DNA from: Octopus sinensis
Taxonomy: Eukaryota
DNA: 64,000 bases
NCBI RefSeq assembly: GCF_006345805.1
Contig: NC_042997.1
Span: 126,232,001-126,296,000 of the forward strand
Reading direction: 5' to 3'
The translations under genes and the position numbers were made by a program. Positions within the stretch are counted from its first letter, which is position 1, and each line of letters begins with the position of its first letter. The notes beneath the pieces are model-generated. The model was not told the origin of the DNA and made no database searches. It saw only the letters and a list, made by a program, of their open reading frames with translations. This document shows positions 12,416 to 25,499 of the stretch, in pieces.

Positions 12416-13315
12416 AGATCTTTTCAGTTTGGTTGCCAGTGGCTCCAAAAATTAAAGTTTACCAAAAACTTTAATTTGGCATAATAATACACTTGCCCAA
12501 ACTGAATTGCTGGACATTATTCACATTATTTCCATTATTTACATTCGACAGATATTTGTCCTCATCTTGTTTGTTGTTAATACGTTTCAGCTGATATACC
12601 CTCCAGCCTTCATCAGGTCAAATATCCGTCGAATGTAAATAATGCAAATAATGTACATAATTCTTCATCTCTTAAATATAGAACTGAATTGCTGGAGTTA
12701 TTTAATTTTTTCCAGAAAAATGTTTTAAAAAAGTTATAGAGGTTTAAGATTGGATCATTTTCACCCAGTCAGGAAACAGGATTTGGAAGCTGTTATTTTG
12801 TGCTTGACTGCACATTTTGTCATCAACATCATAAAAATAGCACATGTTGTCAAGATTTGTAAACAACACATGTTACGTCTCTGGTAATTTTCTTTCATGT
12901 AAATAAATGTTTATATTAATTACAAAATTTGCCAGCAAAATCTTTTAAAATGATGATGTTCCAAATGATATACCATGCTTCCTCGCAAATAAAAGACTTT
13001 TCAAAGACTGCTGTCAACACATGCTTCCTCACAGACTTTTCAAAGACCGTTACTATGGCAACAAGCAAATGAGTTCTCATGTTTCCGTTTGTTACTATTG
13101 AAGCAGACATGAATGTGTCTGTGGCCTACGATTGGCTAAAATTACCAAAATGTTCAAACTTTAATTACTAATAACTCTTTATTTATTGATTTATAGCTAA
13201 AATTACTTTCACATCATTAATTAGCCTATAAAAGTGTATCATTACACTGAATATGAAATCAATTCAAACAGAAACTTGATGCTGGAAGCCGCTGGCAACC
13301 AAACAGAAAAGATCC
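12416..13315. mobile_element. 900-bp non-autonomous TIR element (Merlin-like termini)
   Basis: ~27-bp TIRs (a/g)gatcttttc(a/t)gtttggttgccag(t/c)gg. 8-bp TSD ggcatgac (12408-12415) / agcatgac (13316-13323). An uninterrupted paralogous site lies at ~13510. Confidence 0.7.
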
Positions 13316-13556
13316 AGCATGACTTTGATAAGCCTAAACACATTCAATTAATTGCTAGATCAGTGGTTCCTATGTGACTTTTATATTTTCCTCATCTCCA
13401 TGTACAAGAAACACATATTATACGCTCATCTATTTACATGGTGAGAAACATGTTTCACAGATAGCACTGTCGAAGAACAACAACAAACACCACTGTATGA
13501 ATTCGTACAGAGGCATGACTTCGGTAAGCCTAAAAACATTTAAGTAAACACTAGAT

Positions 13557-13686
13557 CAGTGTCTCCTATGGAATCCTTCAACATTTTTTGCCATGGAACC
13601 ATTCAACATTATTTTTAAAAACATCAAACCCCTGATAACTTTCAGGGAACCCCGGGGTTTTGCAGGACACATTTTGGGAATCCCTG
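13557..13686. mobile_element. Possible hAT/Charlie-type MITE
   Basis: Termini cagtgtctcc...ttgggaatccctg with flanks cactagat/ctccagat. Degenerate. Confidence 0.35.
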
Positions 13687-14034
13687 CTCCAGATTCACAA
13701 CTCTACACTACATTATGGACATTTACTGGTAACTGCGCATGAGAGCGACAGTCTTGATTATAGGTTTCATTATTTACTAGGACACATGTTTTGTTGTATA
13801 GAATTGGCAATATTATTATAATTCATTGTGTTTTTGTTTTTATTCACTTAGAGATCAGTTGGGCTTCTGCTGCTGATATGGTAGATCATTCAAGCTTGAA
13901 TTTTAGCCCCACAAAAGTAGTATCCATGTAATAGTTGAGCCCATCAATTTGACCTTAAAAAATGGTCTAAAAAGTTCGACTTTTACATGAGTATATACAG
14001 TATATATGTTATATGTATGTATGTATTCTTTTAT

Positions 14035-14283
14035 TTTTTTACTTGTTTCAGTCATTTGACTGTGGCCATGCTGGAGCACCACCTTTAGTCGAACAAATCA
14101 ACCCCAGAAATTACACTCTGTAAGCCTAATACTTATTCTATCAATCTCTTTTGCCGAACCACTAAGTTACGGAGATGTAAACACTCCAACATCAGTTGTC
14201 AAGTGATGGTGGTGGGGGGCTCAAACACAGACACACAAATACATACATGCATACATACATACATACATACATACATACATACA

Positions 14284-14319
<36 letters not shown>

Positions 14320-14527
14320 TATATAAGAATTTTTTGCGTAATGAGATTAAAAAAAAACCAAGGCTGTATAGATATTAGAGCATTTATAGATAGAAGGTCT
14401 TACAGCTGTTTCTAAGATATTAATTAATAATATCCCTTCATCGGAGACTGTGTGAGAGGAAAATTAAGTCATAGTTTAGATGTGATACAACTAGAGAGTG
14501 AGGTGGAGGAAAGAAAATAGATGTAAG

Positions 14528-14558
<31 letters not shown>

Positions 14559-14715
14559 CGATGAGCATCTTTCAGTTTCTGTCTACCAAATCCACTCACA
14601 AGGCTTTGATTGGCCTTAGGTTATAGTAGAAGACACTTGCTCAAGGTGCCAGTGGAACTGAACCTGGAACCTTGTAGTTTGGAAGCAAGCTTCTTATCAC
14701 ACAACCACTCCTGTG
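14035..14715 (-). mobile_element. CORE-type SINE split by microsatellite and a short HHR-bearing insert (~14330-14530)
   Basis: 3' half at 14035-14250 and 5' half at 14560-14715. Confidence 0.75.
14397..14448 (-). ncRNA. Minimal type I hammerhead-like motif (core CCGAUGA)
   Basis: GUCU CCGAUGA A GGGAUAUU-loop-AAUAUCUU A GAAA C AGCU G UA AGAC. Confidence 0.55.
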
Positions 14716-15454
14716 CCAACCACTTAGCAGAGTGTGGTGTGTGCTTTTTAATTGCCACCAGCATCCATTTAGTTTCATTTGAGCAAACACCTCATAATGT
14801 GCACTTGTAAGCTCCCATGCATTTTGTTCACCAGCACATATTAATTCCATCTCCTGCGTTAATCCACTGTTATGGGTATATGTGTGGAACTCCTTTCTGC
14901 TTAGGATTAATATAACAGTCACAATAATAACATGAGGATGGAAATTGATAGGTTTAATTACGCATCATAACATATGTTTCTACATCACACACCATAGTTA
15001 GATTGCAATTTCCATATTCATATAAAATTATTTAAGAATACTCTCAATAATTATGTACTTGAATACTTTTTTTAGCTCCGTTGTTAGTGTAGATGCTTAA
15101 ACTTAAATGATATTATACAAATATGAATATTGCAACCTAATGATGGTGATGGTGTGTGATGTAGAATCATATGTTTTGGTGCATAATTAAAGCCTATGAA
15201 TTGACATCCTTATGTTGGTAAACTGACAGAATCATTAGCATGCTGGGCAAAATGCTTAGCAGTATTTCGTCTGTCCTTACATTCTGAGTTCAAATTCCAC
15301 TGAGGTCAGTGTTATCTTTCATCCTTATGGGGTTGATAAAATAAGTACCATTTGAGTATGGAGGTCGATGTAATCCATTTATCCTCTCTTTGAAACTGCT
15401 GGCCTTGTGCCAAAATTTGAAATCATTATAGTTATTACTATAATAATAATAGTA

Positions 15455-15487
<33 letters not shown>

Positions 15488-15881
15488 GTATAACCACACA
15501 CTGTCTCCCACACATTCAGGCTTGTCCTTTTAGTGGTACTTAAAAAGCACCAGTGCTGCACGAGTACACCCATGCTGGTGGCAATTAAAAAGCCACACTG
15601 CTAAGTGGCTGGCATTAGGAAGGGCATCCAGCCATAAAAACCATACCAGATATATAACCATGTATACATATATACATGTAATTAGCTTGTATACATGTAT
15701 GAATGTATTATGTATTTGATACAAGGGAATTATTGTATAAGCACTTTCACTGACTGCAGTTTTTCAAACGCACTTAGTGTGTTTGAAAAGCTGAATGCTG
15801 TGAAAGTCTTTACACAAAAACTTCCTTACATCAGGATTGTATACTATTTTATATATATATATATGCACACACACACACTAC

Positions 15882-15928
<47 letters not shown>

Positions 15929-15930
<2 letters not shown>

Positions 15931-17610
15931 GGACAAGGTGTAGAAAGGGTCATAGCTCAATTAATTAGGAAGAGAGTTAGCTTAGATGAGATGCAGTTCA
16001 GATTTGTACCAGGGAGAAACACCACTAATGTGATCTTCCTGGTGAGAAATACTTGGCCAAAAATAAATCCCTGTTTTTGGCTTTTGTTGATAAGTAGAAA
16101 GCCTTTAATAGAGTCCCTGCTCCCTTGTCTGGTGATAGGGAGAGATGAGTGGATAGTAAGAGATGTACAAGCATATACAGGAATGCTGTTAGTTAGGTGA
16201 GAGTTACCAATGAGTATATCAAGGAGTTTGGTGTACAAGTAGGAGTACACCAGGGTTCAGTTCTTAGCCACTTCTTATTTATAATGGTCTTCCAAGCCAT
16301 AACTGAGGAATTTAAGACTGGCTACCCTTGGGAGCTCCTCTATGTCAATGACCTTGTTCTTATTACTGAATCACTACCAGAACTCGGGAACAAATTTCAG
16401 GTATGGAAGCAAGGTGTGAAATCAAAGGGCCTTCAAGTCAATCTAGCAAAGACCAAAGTATTGATAAGCAGGAAAACAGACAAACTGCTGATCCCTTCAG
16501 GGAGATGGGCCTGCTCAGTATGTCAAAAAGGTGTCAGTAGGAACTCCATATGGTGTACCCAGTGCAAGCTATGGACACATAAGAGGTGCAGCAGTATCAC
16601 TGGATGACTAATGGAGAAAGTAGTCTCTACATGTGACAGATGTGCAGGTACATTAAACACCAGGAATGTACAAAAAATAAACCCCCTCATATGCCAGGGG
16701 GGATCTCAGAAGTAGTAGACAGTTTCTGTTACTTAGGTGACCAAGTTAGTAGTAGGGGTGGTTGTTCTGAATGCATAGCTGCTAGAATAAGAACAGGCTG
16801 GCAAAGTTCAGAGAGCTACTACCTCTGTTAGTAATGAAGGGTCTCTCCCTCAGAGTGAAAGGCAGATTGTATGATACCTGTGTATGAACAGCTATGCTAC
16901 ATGGCAGTGAGACATGGGCTGTGACTCCTGAGGATATCTGAAGACTTGAAAGAAATGAAGCCCGTATGCTCTGCTGGATGGGTAATGTCAGTGTGCATGC
17001 ATAACAGAGTGTAAGTGATTTGAGAGAAAAACTGGGCATAAAAGGTATCAGATGTGATACGTAAGAGAGAAGACTGCACTGGTATGGTCATGTGATGCAT
17101 ATAGATGAGGACAGTTGCACTAAGAGGTGTCAATCTCTAATTGTAGAGGGAACATGCAGAAGAGGTTGACCCAGGAATATGTGGGACTAAGTGGTGAGAA
17201 TGGATCTAAAGATGCTGAGACTTGCAGAGGGGATGACTGAGACCCAAGACTCCTAGCCATTTGCTGTACTTGAAAAGACATGTTGAGCTGAGTATAAGCA
17301 TGGTTGCCTTTGCATACAGGCTCATCCCCTACAACCCTTTCCAGCTGAGCATCCCTAATCTTGCAGGCTCATAGGTGCTGGTGCCGTGCAAAAAAACACC
17401 CATACTGGAGCTGCATAAAAGCACCCCATACACTCTGTAAAGGTGCTGGCATTAGGAAGGGCATCCAGCTGTAAAACCCATGCCAAAACAGGCATAAAGC
17501 CTGAACAGCCCTTCAGATGTCAAACTGTCTAATCGATGCCAGCACGGTAAACAGATGTTAAGAGATGATGATGATGACGATGATGACGATAATGATGATT
17601 ATGATGATGG
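15929..17610 (+). mobile_element. 5'-truncated, degenerate RTE LINE
   Basis: MQFRFVPGRNTTNVIFLVR, GVHQGSVLS, LLYVNDLVL, Cys/His finger (CSVC..CTQCKLWTHKRC), and RTE 3' UTR with (GAT)n tail. Confidence 0.92.
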
Positions 17611-18382
17611 TGATTGTGTATTGTAAATATAGTATGTATTGACTGTGATTGCACTCCTGTTATTTTGAAGATACTGAGTTATGATAGGGATTTATCTCCC
17701 ATGTTTCATCATGTTTGGATGTAGAGATTCACACTACTTGTGCACGCACATATACATACAATGACATATATTCATCCATGTACATGCTAAATATCAAATG
17801 TTTAAAGGATTGAAAGATAGATAGATAGAGAGTGAGAGATAGAGATAGTGACAGACAAAGAGAGAAAGAGAGAGAAGAGAGAGTGAGAGAGAAAGAGAGC
17901 GAGAGAGGGAGAGAGAATGAGTGAGTGAATGTGTAAAGACTAGGTAAATACAAGAGAAGGAGTGGAATGAAGAAAGAAGAAAAGGAAAAAAAATGTTTTG
18001 GAAAAAGGCTGGAAAAGTGTAAATTTCTGAAGGCATTGGTAAAGCCGGGGGAAAACCTACATATATCTGAAGATGTATATAGAGCAAGGAGCATAATAAA
18101 CAAAAACGGGGAATATTATGTTGCATATGTCCAGTGCCTGAATATAAATTTTCTCATGTTGAAGCAGTGGGTGAAGATATCCATATTAACCTTGAAATAA
18201 AAGTTTGGCTTCGTTGATTTTTGTAAATTCTTAGAATTGTGTTCTTTTGTGTTATGTAGGATGTACATCCCTTGGTAGCATTCATGAACGGTCTCGATTT
18301 TTTATGGATCTTTCAGCTGATGTAAAAGCGTGACATGTGTGTATGTCTGTGTGGAGAGAGAGAAAAAGAGAGAGTAAGTGAA

Positions 18383-18417
<35 letters not shown>

Positions 18418-18563
18418 GAAAGAATAATTTTCTATTGCTTTTAATACTTAATCTTTTGTTAATCTAGGATGAATTATTTCAAATTATGAAAGGAAACTGG
18501 AGTGTAGGTCATATATTATTCTCTATGTTTTGTATGAAATTACTGCTTACCTGGACTGATTTA

Positions 18564-18564
<1 letters not shown>

Positions 18565-18614
<50 letters not shown>

Positions 18615-18636
18615 TAATAATAATAATAAAAATAAA

Positions 18637-18669
<33 letters not shown>

Positions 18670-18923
18670 CGCTACTATCTTTGAGAAAAGTTTGGTTAGG
18701 ACAGTTCAATTTCATTTTGATCTATACAAATATATTTTGTTCCAGTGGGAAAGACTTTCTAAGCTATCGGCTCCGATAAAGAACATGTCAGCTATAATAT
18801 TGTCATTTTCATGTTATCTAGGACTCTTATCAACTGAAGTCTTGCAATATCATTGTTATCTATCTATCTATTTCCCATTCTCTCGCTCCCTTTCTCTCTA
18901 TCTATCTTTCCATCCATCCATCC

Positions 18924-18984
<61 letters not shown>

Positions 18985-19062
18985 CCCATTCTCTCTCTTT
19001 CTCTTTCTCTCTCTCTCTCTCTCTGTCTATCTATCACTCTCTATGTCTATCTCTTTCTCTCC

Positions 19063-19123
<61 letters not shown>

Positions 19124-19124
19124 A

Positions 19125-19171
<47 letters not shown>

Positions 19172-19197
19172 CATCCATCTATCTATCTATCTATCTA

Positions 19198-19238
<41 letters not shown>

Positions 19239-19440
19239 CCCATTCTCTCTCTCTCTCTTTCTCTCTTTCTCTCTCTGTCTATCTTTCCATGTATGTATGT
19301 ATATATGTATGTATGTATGTAGTATGTATGTATGTATGTATGTATGTATGTATGTATCTATCTATCTATCTATCTATCTATCTACCAATTCTCTATCTAT
19401 CTCTATCTATCTATCTACCTATCTATCTATAAATCAATAC
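18565..19440. repeat. (AAT)n, (TATC)n, (TC)n and (TATG)n microsatellite cluster
   Basis: Seen directly. The 246-aa and 199-aa ORFs are (TATC)n translations. Confidence 0.95.
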
Positions 19441-19780
19441 ATATATACATAGGTACACACAAACACACACACAGAGGCAAATTTATCTTTATTGTTAGTG
19501 TGACACAGGAAGGGAATTCTGACATTTCAAGCAGAGCTAATTTTATCCATTTTCCTCCATCCCACTAATTCACATTACACCCCCCCCACCACCACACAGA
19601 AAAGACTTTTGTTTTTCTGTAAACTGACTATAAGACATAATGGTATAACAATCTTTGTGAATTATTAAATTCAATAGATGCCAACATATTAGCCTCATGG
19701 TGTGGACAAGTCAACACACACACACACACACACACACACGAGATTTCATGTATGAAATATTGGTCTATTTCCCAACACCT

Positions 19781-19835
<55 letters not shown>

Positions 19836-20334
19836 TATTTACAGCTGTTGTTTACATATTATTTCTCAATCTTGACCATAATAGGAATCTTGTTACAGGT
19901 GAACCGTATTTGAACCATACTTGTATACATGCATTTAACCAATGCTGGACTCCCTCCAATAGTCACTTGGCCTGTTAGAAACAGCAGCAAGATATTTCTC
20001 AATTGACATCTTATCATTTTTAAGAAAAGGGAAGAACATATTAGATAATGGAAATCGTAGATATGCCACTAAAAAAACCAGATGGTCACAGATGCAACGC
20101 CTTTGATAATTGCTCTCCTTGAACAGGTCTGTCCAGGAGCTAAACAACAACAGTATATAAAAAAATCAATGAGTTTATACGTCTAATGAACTAGAAAAAC
20201 AATTCTAATTAATTAAAACCCACCACCTATTACCCAGCAAGTTAACATTTCCCATGGCCAGGAACAAAGAAGTTGTTTATCATCTCAATGTAATGTTTGT
20301 AGTTCACAATAACATTTCCATTATTGTCTTAAAA

Positions 20335-21098
20335 AAAAAGTAAGGACCAATGGCGACAGCTTTTCCAACAGCACACTGGACTGTCACTTTTGGGCTGTGT
20401 AGTGGTCTTTCGTAAAGTTCTCTCGGATTTTTTGGAGCACAATAACGATGGTTCTGTTGATTTACCATACCATTGAGATGAAAATGAGCTTAATCACTCA
20501 TTAACAAAATGAGGTTGTCATTTGCCTCAAAAATTACTTCCATCTAATGTGCAAAGTTAAGCCGCTGTGCATAGTCCCATGGTTTCAACTGTTGCCCAGT
20601 GACCAATTTGTATGGGTGGAAATGCAGGTCTTCATGCAAAATATGCCTTACCAATTGATTACTGATGCCAAGTTCAATGGAATGACTCTGAGTAGAGCGA
20701 TTCGGACTCTGTATCAAAGCTTGTCTGATGCGTTCTACATTTTCCAGGGTCCAAACCATTCGTGGTGGCCCTACTAGTCTCCTATTCATTAGTGTACTTT
20801 GTGTACAAAGTGCATTCACCCAACGTAAGATTGTGTTATGGGTGGAAACAGCCTGATTTTTGTGAATGTAGAAGTGGTGCCAAAAATCATACTGAACTGC
20901 TGTGACAGATTTGTTATTCTTCACATAACTGTTGTAGGCAAACACATGTTGCTCTCTCATCTACAGCACCATGGATTCATCTGAAAAGAAGAAAAAGGTA
21001 AAGACAACATGGACCAAATGACACCTGTCAGAAATATGTCCCTCCCACTGGGGCTGAGTAATAGCCCTTTCAAAAACGTCCATTCTCTCTGCCCTGCC

Positions 21099-21100
<2 letters not shown>
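20335..21100 (-). mobile_element. Truncated IS630-Tc1-mariner transposon, DUF4817-HTH / rosa(DD41D)-like
   Basis: 138-aa ORF (SVTAVQYDFWHHF..TILRWV..RHILHEDLHFHPYKL) continues with MSD*AHFHLNGMVNQQNHRY..PRELYERPL..KVTV. The putative terminus abuts (TA)n at ~21100. Confidence 0.75.
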
Positions 21101-21146
<46 letters not shown>

Positions 21147-21510
21147 CAAGTAAGTTAGGGGTTGTGGATACAACCCACTAAGGGATAATATTTATCCAAT
21201 ATATTGTTGGTATAATACCCAAATTATTAATACACAAGTGTTTTTAATTGCAATGCAATTAACTTACTTATTGTATTATATGGGTGAAAGTAAAGAAATA
21301 TTTTACCATTAATTTATGATACAAATAAGAAAATGGAGAAACAATTTAGTTGGTTCATCAGCTTTCGGATATTATAATGTTGACTTATTTATTTATTTAA
21401 CAAAAAAGAGAACCTTAATAACATACATATATACATTATAATTCAATACATATAAGATAATAATGCAATTATAAAAACCTTAATATAAATTATTGAAATC
21501 ATTAAAATCA

Positions 21511-21636
21511 CTCTTACAGCTGTTTCAGCCTATGGACAAAAGTAGTTTTTCAGTGCCTATAGTTGTCAATTATATTGAGGTTGTTGGCATTTAAAAATAG
21601 GGTACTTATATATAACCATAGGCCTCGTCAGAGATT
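21511..21636 (-). ncRNA. Type I hammerhead motif with intact core and long stem II
   Basis: UCU CUGACGA GGCCUAUGG-(~80 nt)-CCAUAGGCU GAAA C AGCU G UA AGA. Confidence 0.65.
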
Positions 21637-21864
21637 ATAAAGAACTTTCAAAATATAAATACATGAAACAGGATACACGTACAATTTAATATATATAAAT
21701 ATAAACAAATATCCATATACACATACACACACACATATATATATACACACATAAGCAAAGTATATACACTTTTACATGTGTATAAATACATAAATAAGCA
21801 CAATTAACCAATAAGTCCAAGCAAATAGACCATTCTTCATATGTGTGTATGTGTGTGTGTGTGT

Positions 21865-22190
21865 GTGGCACGTGAAAAAACATTCGAGCGAGGTCATTGC
21901 CAGTGCCGCTGGACTGGCTCCTGTGCAGGTGGCATGTAAAAAACACCATTTGAGTGTGGCCGTTGCCAGTACCGCCTAATTGGCCTTTGTGCCAGTGGCA
22001 CGTAAAAGCACCCACTACACTCTCAGAGTGGTTGGCGTTAGGAAAGGCATCCAGCTGTTGAAATTCTGCCAGATCAGATAGGAACCTGGTGCAGCTATAT
22101 GGTTCGCCAGTCCTCAGTCAAATCGTCCAACCCATGCTAGCATGGAAAGCGGACATTAAACGATGATGATAATGATGATGATGATGATCT
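21865..22190 (+). mobile_element. RTE-type 3' tail element
   Basis: Same 3' UTR and (GAT)n tail as 8000-8445. Confidence 0.85.
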
Positions 22191-22258
22191 TCTCTATTGA
22201 AATCAGACATTAAATGATGACGATGATGGTGGTGATGGTGATGATGATAATGATGATG

Positions 22259-22303
<45 letters not shown>

Positions 22304-23304
22304 ATGGATTTCTTTCAGTTTCCATAAATGGAAACCACACTGAAGGCTTTGGCTGGCCCAGAGCTATAGTCAATGACACTTGCTCAAGGTGCCATGCGTT
22401 GCAATTGAACCTGTGACCACATGGCTGGGAAGCAAGCTTCTTAACCACATACCCAGACTTCATACTGAGTAGCAGGAATGAGAGAGAAAGAGGGAGAGAG
22501 AAAGAGAGAGACAGAGATTTTTTTGGTTGCACTGATACCAGACAGAAGATTAAACTATTCTCAATAGTTCTTCATTTGACAAATTTAAGTAGTTTTCTGT
22601 ATACACATATACAGCTCTGTTTATTCCATTTTGTCTGATTGATAAAATATAAGAGACACTCAACTTAATGTTTGACTTATTTGGTGTAGGGAGGACGTTC
22701 ACCTGAATATTGTTTTGAGAATAATTTCTTATCTAGAAACTTCTCATCTACAGAAGTGAAGATTGAGGTGAGATTTGATTGCTTTTTCTGTAAGATAAAA
22801 CAGTGGAATTCCTGCTTTGATAAAAACCATACCCTCTCTCAACCTGGAAAAAGAAAAGAAACCACCGAGAAACCAAATAAACACATAAGGTTCTCTCACT
22901 GATTGGTATGATGTATATATGAAGGGGTTCTGAAAAGTTCTTGGCTTTATGGGTATTGTGAAAGGCCGGGTTGGAGGTCCAATCTTCTGAGTTCTTTTAC
23001 AGGGCTTAGAAAAACTGAAAGATCACTGCTATAACTGTGTAAATCTAAAAGGGGAATATGTTGAATGAAATTATATAATTATTCTAATGTTATAGAGTGT
23101 GCATTTTTTACAGATATACTGACAATATATATATGTACACACAAACACACACACACACATATTGTTGTATTTCGGGATGGTCATTTTTCTCTTTTGCCAA
23201 ATAAACTGCAGGGACCTTGCTGAAACTAACAATTGGAACCTGGTGCAGTTCTCTGGCTTGCCAGCTCCTGTCAAACCATCCAACCCATAAAAGAGTAATG
23301 GGTA

Positions 23305-23600
23305 TGGGATTGCAATGAGAAAGTTCTCCTCTGAGGTGCAAGTCCAGGCAAATTTGTTTTATGGAAGACCAGCAGTTGCCCATGCATACAAGCTTCTCCT
23401 CTCCATGCCACCAGTGTTATCCAAGAGAAAGGCAAAGGGGCCGATACAGCTTGGCACCAGTGACGTCGCAACTCAGTTTTACAGCTGAGTGAACTGGAGC
23501 AACATGAAATAATGTGTCTTGCTCAAGAACACAACACAGCCCGGTCTGGGAATCAAACTCGCTATCTCATGATTGTGAGACCAATGCTCTAACCACTGAG
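23305..23600 (-). mobile_element. tRNA-derived CORE-like SINE (distinct family) nested in an RTE tail
   Basis: Minus-strand head gcatcgctcagtggttagagcattggtctcacaatc...gtttgattccc followed by gtgttcttgagcaagacac. RTE tail halves lie at ~23210-23290 and ~23605-23720. Confidence 0.7.
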
Positions 23601-23678
23601 CGATGCATCTCTACATCCAACCTATACCAGCATGGAAAATGGATGTTAGATGATGATGATGATGATGATGATGATGAA

Positions 23679-23720
<42 letters not shown>

Positions 23721-25499
23721 ATATGCACACATACTCCAGGTCTGCTCAGTAGGGCTGATTTGGGGTATACAAAGAGCAAATTATCATTATTGAAGGGGAT
23801 TATTTTGTAAAATGATTAAAAATTAAGGCAATGTAAAAAAAAAAAATGTGAATGCATTTTAAACCTTTTAGGTGGCCATATTTCTCTCTTCTACTTCTGT
23901 GACTTAATTAATTTTTGAAAAAAATTATTCAAAATTTCTTTTCATTTATGGGTATATTAACCTAATGTTTGGACCTTAACGATTGAACAAAAGGTTTTCC
24001 CATTAAATTATTATAAAAGGTTTCAATTTAAATATAAACACTTGCAAAGAGGAAATTTTATATCATCAAGCAGGGTTTGCATAAAAAAATATTAATGAAT
24101 AACCTACTTTATAAAGATTGGTGAAAAAGTTGAGATAATCTCCAGTTATTTTAGCATATAATATCAGGATGAGACATATTGTAACGGAAATGTTTAAAGA
24201 GATTTCATACTTAGCAGCAGCAGGAATGAGAGAGAGGGAGAGAGAGAGGGAGAGAGAGGGAGAGAGAGATAGAGATAGTGATAGCGATAGAGAGAGAGAT
24301 AGTGAGATAGATAGAGAGAGAGAGGGAGAGAGATAGAGAGATAGAGAGAGAGAAATAGAGATAGAGAGAGAGATAGAGAGATAGAGAGAGATAGAGATAG
24401 AGAGAGAGATAAAGAGATAGAGAGAGAGAGATATATAGAGATAGAGATAGAGAGAGAGACACACACACACACAAACACACATACACACACACGCACACTC
24501 ACACACGCACACTCACACACTCACACACACACGCGCGCGCGCGAACACACACACACACACACACACCTTTTAGCTGCTTTGAAACCAGACTGAAGATTAA
24601 ACTATTCTCAATAGTCCTTCATTTGACAAATTTAAGTAGTTTTCTGAAAGAGCTTGTTAATGGTAAAAACTGCGAAACTAATTGCAATATGGTATGCCTG
24701 TTAGCTGTCATCTATTAGATATTTATTCTGAGGTGGTATCAGTGAGTAATGAAGACGAAATGTGAATGACAATAGTAAATCAATGCAGAAGCCTACTTTT
24801 GTCTTTTTTTGTGGCATTCATTGAAGGAGAATTTCTGTGGTTTAATGAATTGTGAAAAATTTTATGGCAGCTAAAGTTTTCAATGAAATTACATAATGAA
24901 AAACTCCTTTAAAGTGAGGAATCATCATATGTATTATAAATGTAAAAGAAACAAATTCTATAAACCATTTTCTACTTTATAAAAGAGAAAACAACAAAAT
25001 CTTAGTTTACTATTATCATTAATTAATTATACTTCTCTTTCGATCAAAATGTAAAAAAATATTTGAGTGAATGGTGACTTACCATTTCGTCAACAAATAT
25101 TGTTTACTTGAAAGGTATTACAAGGAACACTTTTCTTTCAAATTTATGTCAGAAATTTACATAGAAAAAGAGGGAAATAGAGACATTTAATAATTAGAAT
25201 GACATTTCAATGTTCAGTTTTGAAAGGGAAGTTGTTTAAATGTGATCAGATATTGATTGTTATCAGCATAATATCTCGCACCTCTATATTTAACATTTCT
25301 CTATTGTGTTGTTACACAATTCTAACAATGATTTCTTACATTACCACTGTGTTATAAATATGGAAAGGAAACAACTAGTTGAATGGTATAATTTTAGTTT
25401 ATTACTGGTATTTATCATCTCTAATGTTTATCTCATCAACCCGTCGTTAATTTTAATGAAAGGCCACAAATTGCAGAGTGTGGGAAGATAAAGTTTTGC

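Noticed and set aside
24718-24768. Possible short terminal exon (IYSEVVSVSNEDEM*)
   Set aside because: It is too short, has a weak polypyrimidine tract and shows no homology.
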